Positions 28,351 to 42,332 are shown, counted from the first letter of the stretch. The stretch is DNA of 64,000 nt from Octopus vulgaris (GCA_951406725.2 OX597824.1:41602001-41666000); one strand, 5' to 3'. Notes: generated by a model from the sequence alone, not told the origin. Translations and numbers: made by a program.

Positions 28351-28652
28351 TATATATATATAGTGTATATAGATGCTTACGGTTAAATGTTAAATTGCGT
28401 TAAGTTGAAACTGCCTTTGTGTTTAAACTACGCCTAATTTTTTTGAAAAAGAAAACAAAGCAGAAAAGCGTGTATTTAACTCACTAAATGATTTTCTACT
28501 AACTACATATTTTTTTTTCAATGCCCACAATCACCTTCTCTCTTTCAGTCTGTTTGGCTTTCACTTTCCCTCATTATCTCTTTCTATCTTTCCTTCACCA
28601 TACATGTTGACGGAGACATATGGCTGTATGTTATGTGTTACAATTAGTCTAT

Positions 28653-28722
28653 TTCAGACGAAATGTTTCGTGTGATGTAAGCAATTTCCTTGATGATTGC
28701 TACGGTTGTTTCCCCAGCTGAA
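28653..28722 (-). ncRNA. Degenerate hammerhead relic with long stem II
   Basis: Minus strand ttcag-CTGGGGA...gtagcaat..attgcttac...C-GAAAC-ATTTC-GTC-tgaa; A6 is mutated. Confidence 0.4.
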
Positions 28723-28924
28723 CATTGTACACGTTTTATTGTGGATATCGTAGGGAATAATAAGCTACATACCCGATATATCGATATATTTAGAAACCAG
28801 ACACGGCGTAAAACCAAAAAAAACACTTGTTGAAAAGAAATTACAAGACAAGAATACAATGGTTATAGTACCCCACTGATGTTCATATACATCAGGTTAT
28901 TGTCCATTCTCAAATATATGCTTT

Positions 28925-29060
28925 TATGGAAACCGTTGAAAGTTAGCGAGAAGATAAGGCAAAGACGACTGCGACTATTTGGTCACTGCATGCGCCACTC
29001 TGATCTAGAAGCAGCCAAATTAGTCTTGTGTAACTTCATGGTGATGCAAGAAGAAAATGT
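28925..29060 (+). mobile_element. RTE-type LINE C-terminal fragment
   Basis: KVSEKIRQRRLRLFGHCMRHSD...AKLVL motif. Confidence 0.7.
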
Positions 29061-30099
29061 CAAGCTTATATTAACACACACTGACCCACACACATGCGCA
29101 CAAACAAACAAAAAGGAACGCAGTGTAAATAACGGATAGAGTCAGGACTATTGAAAAGGTTGCAAGACGCAACGAAAATTTTAGGAGAATAAAAATAAGA
29201 AATAAGTGGAAATTTTACCAGTGAGTGTGTTAAATCATAAGGCACAAAAAGAAAATGACTCTCCCCAGACACAACAGAATATGCTTCAACACACGAACTC
29301 ATATAAAGAATATTGCAAACCAAATCCAAAAACGAAATTATATTGACAACTTTATTGTAAACGTTGGCCTGGAATGTATCCAGGACCTTGAGGCAGTGAT
29401 GACGGACCGAGAAGTGAGGCCGGTAGATTTTGTAAATAATAAAATAGTTCATCCACAGATCAGCTCTAACCGAGAAAACCAATGGTCAAAAAGCATTTAA
29501 GCTGTGTCCATCTTGTAACCTCTTTTTATTCAGGTATAGAGCCAAATCCTTCTATGTCTCGTGGGAATGATTTTTTTAACGGCACATATGGCTTATTCTT
29601 TTTTTCTTTTACTTGTTTCAGTTATTAGAATGCGACCCTGCTGGGGCACCGGTTCGAAGAGTTTAAATCGTTTCCCAGTATATATATTTTTAAAGTCTGG
29701 TACTTATTCTCTTGCTAAACCGCTATGTGAAGACGCGTGGCCTAGTGGTTATGGTGTGGTACTCATGATCTTGCGATGGTGGTTTCAATTCCGAGAAGTA
29801 GAAGCTACTTGCTCAAAATGTATCACAGTGTGACTGAACCCGATACCACGTGGTTGCAAAAGGAACTTCTTAAGAATGCACCGATGTTTAAGATTTGTCT
29901 ATCATTTCTAGCAAGTCGAGCGACAACAATGAAGCACACCCTCGTTGGCTTTGGAAACGTTTGATGTGAGAATGAAATACTTTCAAACAACTGGTTTCAC
30001 TTTTATTCTATTCTAACTTTTCTAAATTTACCCGTTTGCCGTTTCGACATTTGATCTTTAGTCACAGATCTTTAGTTATCCCTTCAAAATATTCTTGCA

Positions 30100-30400
30100 T
30101 GGTAAAGGGTAAAGACTTCCTCCCTCTTGGCTCATGAATGAGCATAGGATTTCTTCTATAAAGTTGCCCTACGAGCGCAAATCCGGGCAAAGTTGTTCAT
30201 GGAAGACCAGCAGTCGCCCATACATACCACCCTCCTATCTCCACACCACCTATGTTATCCAAGGAAAAGCCACAGGGCAATACATTTTGGCACCAGTGAC
30301 GTCGCAATTCATTTCTATAGATGAGTGAACTGGAGCAACGTGAAATAAAGTGTCTTGCTCAAGAACACCACACACAGCGCGGTTTGATGTGGAGTCTCCA
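30100..30400 (-). mobile_element. SINE family C core with tail type 3
   Basis: gtgaactggagcaacgtgaaataaagtgtcttgctcaagaacac core joined to a different tail that ends ctttacccttta. Confidence 0.75.
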
Positions 30401-30609
30401 GTCGAAAACGACAGAATAGTGTTCCGCAGTTTTTTGCTGAACAATTTGTACAGATGAATTGCTTCAGTGATCAGAAGTTTACACTGTACATTAGCTCCCT
30501 CCTTCTATCAAATAGGCATTGCTCAAGAACATGACGGACAACTCGGTGCATGAATAGAAACTGCGATCACAGGATCGTGAGAGTGACACCCGAAACTTCA
30601 CAATAATAC

Positions 30610-30985
30610 CTTCTGCTATAGGTAAAAGGTCTGAATTTTTAACGGAGGAACTAGACGATTACACCGACCCCCGTACTTAAGTGGTACTTATTTTATTGAC
30701 CCCGAAAAGATTAAAGACAAAGTCAACTTCGGCGGAATTTGAACAAGAGAAAGCCGGGGTAAATACCTATTTCTTTACTACCCACAAGGGCACAAACAAG
30801 ATCAGACTCACGGATTAAGTCGATTACATCGACCCCAGTGCGTAACTGGTAATTATTTAATCGACCCCGAAAGGATGAAAGACAAAGTCGACCTCGGCGG
30901 AATTTGAAATCAGAACGTAGCTGCAGACGAAATACCGCGAAGCATTTCTTCCCGGCGTGCTAACGATTCTGCTAGCTCGCCGCCT
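30610..30985 (-). mobile_element. SINE family A dimer or nested pair
   Basis: Long-tail unit at 30768-30985, followed by a partial short-tail unit. Confidence 0.8.
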
Positions 30986-31539
30986 TGTTTTGGTGTACTA
31001 AAGAATAAGAAAACTAATACACCGTTACCAGTTTATATTGACTGTAGTTTCCATGTCAATTCGCTGCTGCTATTTACTAGATTTTTTTTCCTTTTGCAAA
31101 TGTATTTCAACATTTTCATCGTAAGAGTTAGCTCGAACTCTCCAGTTGGTGTCTGTATAGAGTATGTTAATCAGTATTTTTTTTTATAGCCATAAGATCC
31201 GGGCCCCTTATATAGTCTTGGGATTAGAAACTGAAACGTGTAGTTCCGGCTTTTAAAACAGTAGGCGGTTGATAAAAGGAAGATAGCAGATACATAAACG
31301 CAAATCGACCAATTTTTATAGCGAGTCTGTCGATGTTGGCATGCGGTATTAGGGATTTAGAACACATGGTTCTAGTTTTAAAATACTTTGATGGAATGAA
31401 ATGCTATCGACAGTGTCTCACTGTGCCAAGATAGTTTTACAATACTTATCCGCAAAACGGTCATAACATTGATAATAAAAATATTAAGAATAAGAATTCT
31501 TGCAACATGAAAGGAATTTGAGTAAGGTTGCTAACAAGC

Positions 31540-31840
31540 ACACGGGTTCCAGTTGATCCGATCAACGGAATAGCCTGCTCGTGAAATTTAAGTACAAGTG
31601 GCTGAGAACTCCACAGACACATGTACCCTTAACGTAGTTCTTAGGGAGAATCAGCGTGAAAAGAATGTGACAAGGCTCGTCCTTTGAAATGCAAAGTACT
31701 ACTTATTTTTGTCAACCGAGTGGACTGGAGCATCGTTAAAGAATATGTCTTGCTCAAGAGAGCACAGCGCGTCACCGGGAATTGAACTCACGACCCTGCG
31801 ATCGGGAACCGAATACGCAAACCACGAAGCCACGCGCCGT
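31540..31840 (-). mobile_element. SINE family C, tail type 1
   Basis: Matches 17482-17800. Confidence 0.85.
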
Positions 31841-32223
31841 TACTAAAGATTATTATGTTTAATACACAATGTGAGGCGCTGATAAATATCTGTTTCAGAT
31901 AATTTTTCAATTTTTTATATTCGGGTAAAGTGATTTGTTATTAGCACTTCTCGGTGGATCATAATATTTCTTTGTGGTCAGAGATACGAACATATTCACA
32001 TATTCTTCGATCACTTAAAATATCAGCTGTATGGTCAAGCTAAAATAGAAGATGCAAATAGGAGAGAAGGTAAACGTATTGAATGTTGATTGTAAGGGTT
32101 TGATTTCAAATCGGTTTCAGGAGCTCATTTTGTCTTGTTACTGGGTTGCACACGTAATTTCATATTGCGTTGGCGCTATAAAAATTTATAAACTTCAAGC
32201 GAACATGAAATAATTCTTTCTTC

Positions 32224-32333
32224 GAACATTGGGTCTTGAAGCAGATAAGCTTTCGACTTTTTCTATTCAAAGCAATTAACTCAATATTTACACGCTATTA
32301 TTTATAGCTTATCTGCTTCAAGATCCAGTGTTC
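32224..32333. repeat. Inverted repeat with 28-bp arms and a 54-bp spacer
   Basis: gaacattgggtcttgaagcagataagct / agcttatctgcttcaagatccagtgttc. Confidence 0.9.
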
Positions 32334-32943
32334 CAAAAATTAGTGGTATCGACGAATTCCCACACTTCAAAATTGCTGGCCTTGTGCCTAAACTAGAAAC
32401 CATTATTTATTGAGCTCAAGGCCAGCACCAACTAAGAACATCTACGATCGGAAACCGTCCTGCTTTTTCAGGAATAGTGTACCTAGGACGAGCTGACAAA
32501 ACCGTTTGCATGCCGGATAAAATGCTTAGTGGCATTTTTCCAGCTCTTTAGAGTCTGAGTTCAAATTTTGCTAAGTCAACTTTGCCTTTCATCGATTAAA
32601 CAAGTACCAATTTGTCGATTAAACAAGTACCAACTGAAAACTAAGGTCGAAATCTACTATCCCTTCCCTAAAAGATTTCAGGTTTTGTGCATACAATAGA
32701 AAGAATATCTGGCGTTTCATTATGCAAAGTGCTTTTCCATTACTGAGACAGTGAAGTGTGTAGTGATATTTTAAATAGGTTCTTATTGCCTTACTCCAGA
32801 TAGGCTCTGATCGAGAGACATCTATGTTTAAAGAACCTTTGTCCGTGATCATCATGTCTTTATTCAAGGTATTGCTTTATACTCTTAACTGAATTATTCA
32901 ATGTCTTTCCATTTTGTTTTAAGACGGTACTTCTGAGAGAGAA

Positions 32944-33174
32944 GGCGGCGAGCTGGCAGAAACATTAGCACACCGGGCGAAATGCTTACCGGTATTTCGT
33001 CTGCCGTTACGTTCTGAGTTCAAATTCCGCCGAGGTTGACTTTGACTTTCATCCTTTCGGGGTCGATAAACTAAGTACCAGTTACGCACTGGGGTCGATG
33101 TAATCGACTTAATCCGTTTGTCTGTCCTTGTTTGTCCCTTCTGTGTTTAGCCCCTTGTGTGTAGTAAAGAAATA
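32944..33174 (+). mobile_element. SINE family A (long tail), full length with perfect TSD
   Basis: TSD ggtacttctgagagaga at 32926-32942 and 33175-33191. Confidence 0.95.
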
Positions 33175-34547
33175 GGTACTTCTGAGAGAGAGAGTTAGTT
33201 GCTATGTTTATTGAGAGAGAGAGAGAGTTAGTTGCTATGTTTATTGTCTACGAGTTCGAGTCACATGCGATGGAAGCTTTTTCGATGCCTCATGTGAGTT
33301 CTTGAAAGCATTTGTCGATCATATAAACCAGGTAGTTCATGGTTCATGTAACACAGGGACAATCTCGTTGGTTCATTGTAAAACTTTTATATATTGAGGT
33401 TGTTAGCAGGACTGACCATCCTGGCGTATGGGCGATATTCTTTAATGCTAGCACGTGCTTGCGGATATGGAAAAGAGCTCAGTCATTCAACACGCGGCTG
33501 ATTTATATTTACAAAGCTAACTCGTAGCTAGCTCTATCGATTCTAAGATAGACTACCCTTTGTTCATTTGGCACCTATAATACAAGGTAGAGAGCGGTAA
33601 GTGCAGAAATAAAAAGACGACAACAACGAAAACCTATGATTGTCGTCTCCTTGATAATGTATTTACAAATGTTTTTGTTTGTTTTTACGATATGCTAATA
33701 ATTTCTTTTCGATTCATGTGTTGCCAACAGCTGTCGTTTTTCAGCAAACACCAACGCCAGCACCGACACTGACTGTAACTCTTAATGTCGTCGACAACGT
33801 CGACATCTGACACCAGCACCAATATCATGGTCAGTACGTGTATATAACCGGACTTACTTGTACAAATTCACACATACACATAAACTAATTACACGCACAC
33901 GCGCACTCCCTCTTCCATATATATATATATACACAATCACACGCATTCATATACACTGAACAAATGTAATCGTAAAAATGCCAATGCATGTTATCGCTAT
34001 AATATCATAGGCGCACTCAGTGCATAAAAAAAGAGGATCATCGCGCTTTGATATATGCGACATTTTCTTAAAATGAAAGTGTTTATTTTCAGATAATGCT
34101 GCAATAATTTATGCATATAGAGACCATATGACAGAAAGAAAATCGGTGTTGTTTGACCTTAAGTAATTTTCAGATATTATATACATATTTATATATTCAT
34201 TGCTAATGTATAAACACTCCACCTGTTTGAAATAGTAGCCAAAACCCAATGAAATCATAAACCATAATGTCTTGAAAAAGGAAAACATAGAATATATGTT
34301 TGATAATATAATCCTAGTCATACACCTAAAATATAAGGGACGGTCATAGCTAGAATAACATTAACTATCGGTCTGCTTAAGCAATATTGACCTAAGGCTT
34401 AAAACAACATAATTGCATACAGATGTCTCCCTACTTACATCCGAATGCATATTTAATGAATGATATTTGCATAAACTGTTCTTCCCCACTCTTTCACTTC
34501 ATTCTCGCTATATTTTCTGCATCGCGCTCACTTGCTGCCTGTCTTAT

Positions 34548-34584
<37 letters not shown>

Positions 34585-34680
34585 TCTACACACACACACA
34601 TGCGCAAACGCGCATATGCTTTCTCTTTTCAATTATCTTAGAAAATTCCTTCATTCCCCTTTGCATATAACTCATTTTCC

Positions 34681-34773
<93 letters not shown>

Positions 34774-34997
34774 GCATCCACTTATATTGTATGTAAATGA
34801 GAATATACGGTCAATTCAGTAGACAAATGCAAATATATACAATTATACAGTTACACGTACTAAAATAATATTTCAAACATTATTGCAAACACACAAAGAC
34901 ACATTCACGCACGCACACGCACACATATACACACGTATACACACATGTATACATAAGTATACACACATATATATATATACAAATACATAGACATACA

Positions 34998-35320
34998 TAT
35001 TGGATCATCCCATAAATAATGCTGTGTTTTTAATTGCATGAACTAAAAGTTGGAGGTGAGGAGACAGAATAAACTATCTGCATCAACTTGCTATAAAGGC
35101 AGGTAGTAATTTTACCTTGTGCTTATTGTTGTCTTTTTATTTCTGCACAAGTTTTGAAGAGTGCAGTTCGATTTTAACTGTTATTTTCTTCAAAGCTATA
35201 AAGGAACATATTCGGCATATTTTACTTTATAATTTCAATAAAGGCAACAGCACAACGGAAAGTTCGAGGAATATTAATGCACTATATGGGGATCGGACAA
35301 TAAGTGTAAGCCAGTGTCGC
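34998..35320 (+). mobile_element. Mariner 5' fragment (third family)
   Basis: Begins tattggatcatcccataaataatg; encodes KEHIRHILLYNFNKGNSTTESSRNINALYGDRTISVSQC, a mariner N-terminal HTH. Confidence 0.8.
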
Positions 35321-36529
35321 AATACAGTTCACAAGCGCGACAAAAATTATTTATCCGTTGAAAAAAGCGGGTCAACTAGTTGAGGATGACATTTACTCCG
35401 AAGTCATAACCGTCTCCATTCGCCATTAGCCGTTCATTGGATGCTGTGTCATAAATGTCAACCAATTTCACGTTATTAAATGTAAAGCGATTCCCTCGCT
35501 GCAGCAGGTGTGGTTTTTAGTTTCTCGCTAATTTTCTAAAGACCATTTAAAGATGTGAATTCCTGCAGCCATTTTAGCTATTTAAAGCAAGACTCAAGAA
35601 AATCATTCTTTTTTTCACTTGGCAACCGACAGTTTTTCTACCGTAACAATGACAGAAGTAGTACGTAATAGAGTCGGGCCGTTTGTCTTTTCGCATTTTC
35701 AGTGGATTTAAATGTTAAAATGTGTTTAAACTGAATCTTTTTCATTTTTTTGCTTCAGTCATTTCACTGAGGCCGTGCTGGAGCATCACCTTTAGCCGAA
35801 CAAATCTACCCCAAGACTTATTTTTTGTAAGCCTTGTACTTATTCTTTCGGTCTCTTTTGCCGAACCGCTAAGTTACGGTTGTGAAGCGATGATGGTATG
35901 GGGACAAACAGACGATGGCAACAGATCGCTAAGTGAATTGGTTTGATACTGGCCGTTGACAGTTTGTTGTCAGTTCATCTGCTTAGCATCTAGTGATAAT
36001 TACCATTAATTTAAAGAAATTCGTTTGCTGAAATAGTACATATCCACCATTGTGCATCCCATAATTTCAACGTACCCTGCCCCGGGTGGTTACATAGCAT
36101 TTTTTCCACGGTTGGGACCCTGAAGGTGCTACTACTCCGGGCCAAAGTAAATTTGGGAAAATTTGTGGCTAACCGGTGGTTCCACATTCCTTAAAACTCT
36201 GGAACTTCCCCAACCAGGTGTGGTTTAATGTCATGTCTGTAGTTTTAAGTCATATCTAGTTATTACATGGGAGATAATAATTTGCTCATAATATTTGGCA
36301 GGATTAATAAAATAATGGTGATACAGAAGGGATGAATCCTGATTTTAAAGCCAACTGGTGAAAAATAACATTTATGTTTTGGTTTTATTTTATTGTTATT
36401 AATGTTCTCTGCGTGTATTTTTACCAAAGACCAGCCTGTATTTTCTTTACCTTTATAAGAACACGTGCAGATTAAGCTATATTGAATTCTTGAAGCACTA
36501 AGCCGGAAGAGATCAAATTTTTTGTGGTA

Positions 36530-37120
36530 TGTGGAAGAAAGAGAAAGAGGTGAAAGAGGAAGAGGAGAAGGAGGAGGAGGAAAATAAGAGGCAGATAAGG
36601 AGGAGGAAGTGAATGAAGAATGAAAGGGAGAAAATGACGATGGTGAAGAAGAAAAAGGAGAAAATACGAAAATGAAGAGATAAAAAGTAGACAAAATGAG
36701 GAGAAAGAGGATGAGGAAGAAGAAGATGAAGAAGATGAAGAAGATGATGATGATGATGAAGAAGCTGAGAAAGAAGAAATAGAAGAAGCAGAAGCAGAAG
36801 AAGAAGAAGAAGAAGAAGAAGAAGAAGAAGAAGAAGAAGAAGAAGAAGAAGAAGAAGAAGAAAGATGTGTGCAAGTTGAAAACAAAACTTTAAGAAAGGA
36901 TTGAATGAAAAATTTGCTGAGAGAATATTACAGACATAGAGAAAGCAAGAAAGAATAAAAGAAGGAATGAAAAAAAAAAAAGGAAAATGAAAAAGAGAGA
37001 ATAAGCAAGGTAAGACGTGGTGATCTTGAATGAAAGAGAAAAAAAGATCAAAAAGAGGGAGAAACAGCACGAGAGCGAGAGAAGGTGTAAGGAAAGAAGT
37101 AGACAATAAGAATAAACAAA
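36530..37120. repeat. Polypurine low-complexity tract including (GAA)n
   Basis: Directly visible. Confidence 0.9.
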
Positions 37121-37624
37121 ATCCCGTTCGGATTAATGCAGCTAGACACAAAAGCTTCACAATATTTTATGGATTAATAAGGTCTTAGAAATCTGAAACA
37201 CTGTCGAGGATATTTCAGTGAAAGCTGAGCTCCCTTTTAGTAGAGCGCCGCTGACTTTAAAACTCCTTAGGGAACTAGTATAAGGATTATATAACAACTC
37301 ATTCAATGATAGAAGCCTAAGTGGGAGACGGGGTGAGTAAGAGGTGCTTCTGTAATCAGGCAATGGAATAAAGGCTTTAATTAATTAACACTGATAATCC
37401 CAACAGTTTATATTCCTGTTGTACGCGCGCGTCTGTGTGTGTATGAGCTTGTGCGCGCGTGTGTGTGTCTATGTTTATGTATGTATGTATGTATGTATGT
37501 GTGTATGTATGCATGCATGCATTATCACTTACGTTAATGTAATGGACACTAAGATTGGTACAATGGAGTACAGAAGAAGCGGTGTTGCTACTGTGATGTG
37601 GCGAAAATACCTTCAGAATATCGG

Positions 37625-37675
<51 letters not shown>

Positions 37676-37704
37676 TGATGGTGAGGAGGAGGAGGAGGAG
37701 GACT

Positions 37705-37904
37705 ATTTCAAATTTTGGCAATTTCGGGGAGGGGATAAGTCGACTACATCAACCCCAGTACTCAACTGGTACTCATTTAGATCGAACACGGAAGGATGAA
37801 ACGCAAGGTTGATCTCGGTGGAGTTTGAACTCAGAACGTAGTGGCAGACGAAATACTGCTAAAAATTTCGCACGGCGTGCTAACGATTCCGCCAGCTCAC
37901 CACC

Positions 37905-37981
<77 letters not shown>

Positions 37982-38195
37982 CCTTTTTATTATAGACACA
38001 AGGCCTGGATTTTGTGGGGAGGGGGACAATCAATAACATCGATCCCAATACTCAACTGGTATTTAATTTATCAACCTCGAAAGGATGAAAGGCAAAGTCG
38101 ACCTCAGCTGAATTTCAACTCAGAACGTGAAGACGGACGAAATACTGCTAAGTATTCCGCCCGGTGTGTTTACGATTCTGCCAGCTCACTGCCTT
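37705..38195 (-). mobile_element. Two SINE family A copies separated and flanked by (AAT)n
   Basis: Consensus motifs at 37705-37905 and 37985-38195. Confidence 0.85.
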
Positions 38196-38344
38196 AATTA
38201 TGATGATGATGATGACGACGATGATTTCCTATTTATTTGTGTGTGTGCCTTTGTTTGCGTTTGTCCCTGATAAACGCTCGACAACCGTTGTTGATTCGTA
38301 ACTTAGCGGCTCGACCAAAGGAAACCGATAGACTAAATCATCAA

Positions 38345-39480
38345 TTCATTCGGTTCTCATCGTGCCTTGTGTTACCTGACGCAACAGTAAGATCATTCCA
38401 CCTTCTAACACTGTTATTGTTCTCCACCACGTTTCCTTTGGTCTGCCACGTCTTCTTGAACCTTGTGGAACCCATTACAAAGCGATCCTGGCAATTTTGA
38501 TTTATAACAAGTTCGACTAAGCTATTTCCATCTCCTTGTTTCAATAGTTTATCTTATTAGTTTCACGTTAGCCTTGGTAAGTAGTTGGCTATTCGCGATC
38601 ATATTCGGCCAGTAGACCTTCAAAGCTTTTCGTAAACATTTATTTTGAAACACCTCCAATTTCTTTTCAATACTTTTGGCTGTTTTCAACATTCAGATCC
38701 ATAGAGGAAGATGCTAAGTATGTTGCTTTTGTAAAATCGTATTTTGGTGTTCTTGCTGAGTATTGATGATTTCCATATTGAGTTTAACATACCGAATGAT
38801 TGGTCGTCTTTGCTAATTCTTGTATTTATTTCATGAATGCAGTCTCCATCAATTGTTATTTTGGTGCCTTGATAGTTAAATTCGTCAACATTTGCGATTG
38901 GTTTGTCGTTCAAAGTCACATGGTCAACATCTGTTATATTTTTACAAAGGGTGTACATTTTCCTCTCCTTGATTTTAAGACCTACGGTGTTGGCTATTTG
39001 ACTAAGTCTTTCAGATTTGTTTTGTAACTCTTGGAGCGTATATTAGAACAAGCAAATGTCGTCTGCATAATCTAAATTTTCTGGTTGAGCTGTGTGCCAT
39101 TCTATACCACGTTTATATTCTTCTGTCGTACTTTGCATCAACCAATTCATAGACAATGGAAATAAGATTGGTGATAATACCCATCTTTGTTTGTCTTCGG
39201 TTTTAATTTCAAACGGATCTGTCAGTTTGTTGTTGTGTGTAACTTGGCATTCGACGTTTTCATACAATAAATGAATCATCATGACCAATTCGTGTGGGAA
39301 ACCTGTCTCTGAGAATCTTCCAAAGTGTATCTCAGTGAAGGATATCGAGAGCTTTTTCAAAGTTAACAAACAACATGCACAAAGACGAGTTCCATTCATG
39401 GGATTGTCAAGTATTTGGGGAATTACAAAAATATTGTCGATACATGATATTCCTTTCCTGAATCCAGGAAATGCTTTCAA
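38345..39480 (-). mobile_element. Decayed RTE-clade LINE, RT domain to 3' end
   Basis: GFRKGISCIDNIF, VLSPILF, LDYADDICL, VDEFNYQG, TKIRFYKSNILSIFLYGSEC; contains frameshifts and stops. Confidence 0.9.
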
Positions 39481-39959
39481 AAACGAAATGGGCATCTCCT
39501 GTCCACGATATCAGACAACCAACGTCTTGGCACTAAGTGCAGATGCGGGTGACAATATCAAGCTCCCTCATACATCAAATGAACCAACAACAAAGAAAAA
39601 AGCGCATGCAAAGGTGGTGATATAAAATTCCGCTAGAAGTAACCAAATACAGAAGGCCGTGGAAAGGGTACAAATTTGCGGTGGTAGTCGAGCATGATTG
39701 CAGCAGCATGATTGAAACCTGTAAAAGAGTAAAAAGGTTTAAAGTGTAAACTCCAGAATTTCAAAGTGAAATTTTAATTACAGTGAAGGGAAGTTATGAT
39801 ACTAACAGAAATTTTTAAAAAATCTAAAATATAATGAAAATATTTCTTCGCTTGTGCAAAATTTAGCAAAATGCCCAATGAAATAGTATAATAAATCTAG
39901 CAACACACATGCATGCGTCCCCCCCCCAACACACACACACATTCCTTCGACATGGATAC

Positions 39960-40139
39960 AAGTTTATTGCGCAGATTTTGCAACGACATGGTTCTGTGCT
40001 CAGTCCTACTGCATCGCATATTGTGTAACTGTCTTTTACAATAACCCCGGAACGACCGATGCCTTGTGAGTAAATTTGGTAGATGGAAAATGCGTATGTC
40101 TATCAGAGTCCCCTTTCTGTCTGTGTGTCTTTCTGTCTA

Positions 40140-40182
<43 letters not shown>

Positions 40183-40184
40183 GC

Positions 40185-40217
<33 letters not shown>

Positions 40218-40656
40218 ACTCTCACGCGCGCGTGCACGTGTGTGTATTTGTATCTGGGTGTTTGAGTCACCGCTTGACAGCCCGTTTATTTACATCCCCG
40301 TAAATTAGCAACTCGTAAAAGAAAAAAAAAAGAGACACGTGCTCCAGCATGGCCGCAGTCAAATGACTGAAACAAATAAAAGAGTAAAAGAGAATACAAT
40401 AGGTCCCTGACTTAGAATAAGTACTGGCGTTGATTTGATCGACTGCCCCTTCAAGGTAGTGCTTCTGCATGACTCTAGTTGCGCGACTGAAGAAAATAAA
40501 AGCAAAAAGCAAAGGTAATTCAGTTTGACCTGCGAGCGTGAATGAAAATGGGGTTGACGGTAAATATCCTTTATAAGATGCTTGCTTCCCAACGATGTAG
40601 TTCCGAGTTCAGTCCCACTGCGCATATATATATACGTATGTATATATGTATGTATG

Positions 40657-40699
<43 letters not shown>

Positions 40700-40805
40700 G
40701 TATGTATGTATATACGTATGTATGTATGTATATATACCATATATATATACGTATGTATGTATATATACCAAATTCACTCACAAGGGACAATTTCGTTCAC
40801 AAACG

Positions 40806-40837
<32 letters not shown>

Positions 40838-40857
40838 CATGCATGTATGTATTTTTG

Positions 40858-40916
<59 letters not shown>

Positions 40917-41040
40917 GGGATGGGATGGTGTCTTAGTGTTTGTGTTTGTTCCCCATCAACGTTTGCTTGACAACCAGTGTTGCTTTGTTTACATCCCTGT
41001 AACTTAGCCGTTCAGCATAGGGTACCGAGGAACTTTGGAC
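39960..41040 (+). mobile_element. Cluster of degenerate SINE family B copies with internal microsatellites
   Basis: Head, core and tail motifs at 39960-40320, 40340-40510 and 40545-41040. Confidence 0.7.
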
Positions 41041-41073
41041 CAGGATTAGAATGAAAGCACTGGGGTTGAACTG

Positions 41074-41968
41074 TTTTGTCTGGTTCCCGAAGAAACGTGC
41101 GCTCTTGCATTAGCATGCTGGAAAACAACACCTTTCCTGTTGGCCAATTCTGGACGTTTCTCTTGAATTGCTGCTTTTAACTCGTCCAGTTGTGTGCAGT
41201 ATTTCTCAGAATTAATTGTCTGGTTACTTGAGAGAAGCTCATAGTACATAATTCCTTTCCAGTCCCACCAGACACAAAGCAAGACCTTTTTAGGGTGAAG
41301 ACCCGCTTTTGGGGTGGCTAAGGGTGGCTCATGTCGCTTACTCCAGGATCGCTTTCTCTGAACATTTTGGTAGATAATCCATTTCATTCCGTTTATAAAG
41401 CGAATCACAGATGGAAATGCGATCCAAAAGGTTCTTCTCACTCAACTCATGTGGTACCCAAGCATCGCAGCGATTTGTGTACCCAAGCTTTACCAGGTGC
41501 TCACGAACGACGGATTTTGATAGGTTGAGGCTTTCTGCCTATTCTCGGGTTGTGCAATGTGGGTTATTCTCAATTAATGACTTGATTTGGTCAACATCTG
41601 TAGTGGATGGTCTGCCTGATCGCTCTTTATCAATAAGGCTACAATCTCCAGCTCGGAACCTTGCGAACCACTTCCGTACAGTTCTTTCGGATAAAGAGAC
41701 ACAACCGTAAACTGCGCATATTTCTTTGGTTGCTTGTGAGGCATTTTTCCCTTTACGGAAAAAGAAAAGCATCAAGTTCCGAAAAAGAACTTTCTTATCT
41801 TCCATTTTAAAGGGTTACAGAATTAACACAGGTTAGAGGAACATAAACCTTCTTCCACGAAAAGATAGCTTAAACTGCTCTAAATGGAGGTGTAGTCAAA
41901 TCCTATGTTCTAAAATAAGTCGAAAGGTAAGTTACTATAAATCGGCACGAACTTTCCGGACAAACCAA
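41074..41968 (-). mobile_element. Mariner element of the same family as 3968-4776, 3'-truncated; transposase pseudogene
   Basis: 5' TIR at 41939-41968 plus TA. ATG at 41805 gives MEDKKV...RSGRP...WVPHEL...KWIIYQN...HPKKVLLCVWWD...FQHANARAH. Contains a stop, and a deletion removes the first catalytic-D motif. Confidence 0.95.
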
Positions 41969-42332
41969 TAAAAACCAATCGCATTGGAGGTGGTGCCCCA
42001 GTAAGGCTTCATCTTCTGGCTGAAATGAGATAAAGTAAAAAGAAAAAATGAAAAAGCAAACCTCTTATCAGGAATTATTTGTCCATGACGGGAGCAAATA
42101 TTACAATATTTGTGACTCGTTCAAACGATATACTGTATATACTCATGTATGCAATATATAGCTCGGGAGGTATATTTAGGGAAATTCCAACTGTTGCATA
42201 TGCCCTGTAGAGCGGGAAGGAAGTCGAGATAAAGGGTTTTTAAAAATGGAGGTAATGTATATATGTTTATGTGTGAGCGCGCGAGCTTAGGTGTGTACGT
42301 GTGCGCGAGTGTTTGTATTAACTTCTATTTTA

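Noticed and set aside
32305-32326. tagcttatc resembling the start of vertebrate miR-21
   Set aside because: Only 9 nt match and the remainder differs; coincidental.
36263-37160. Long hydrophobic or Ser-rich ORFs, and an apparent acidic E/D tract on the plus strand
   Set aside because: Low-complexity polypurine/(GAA)n sequence with in-frame stops on the plus strand.
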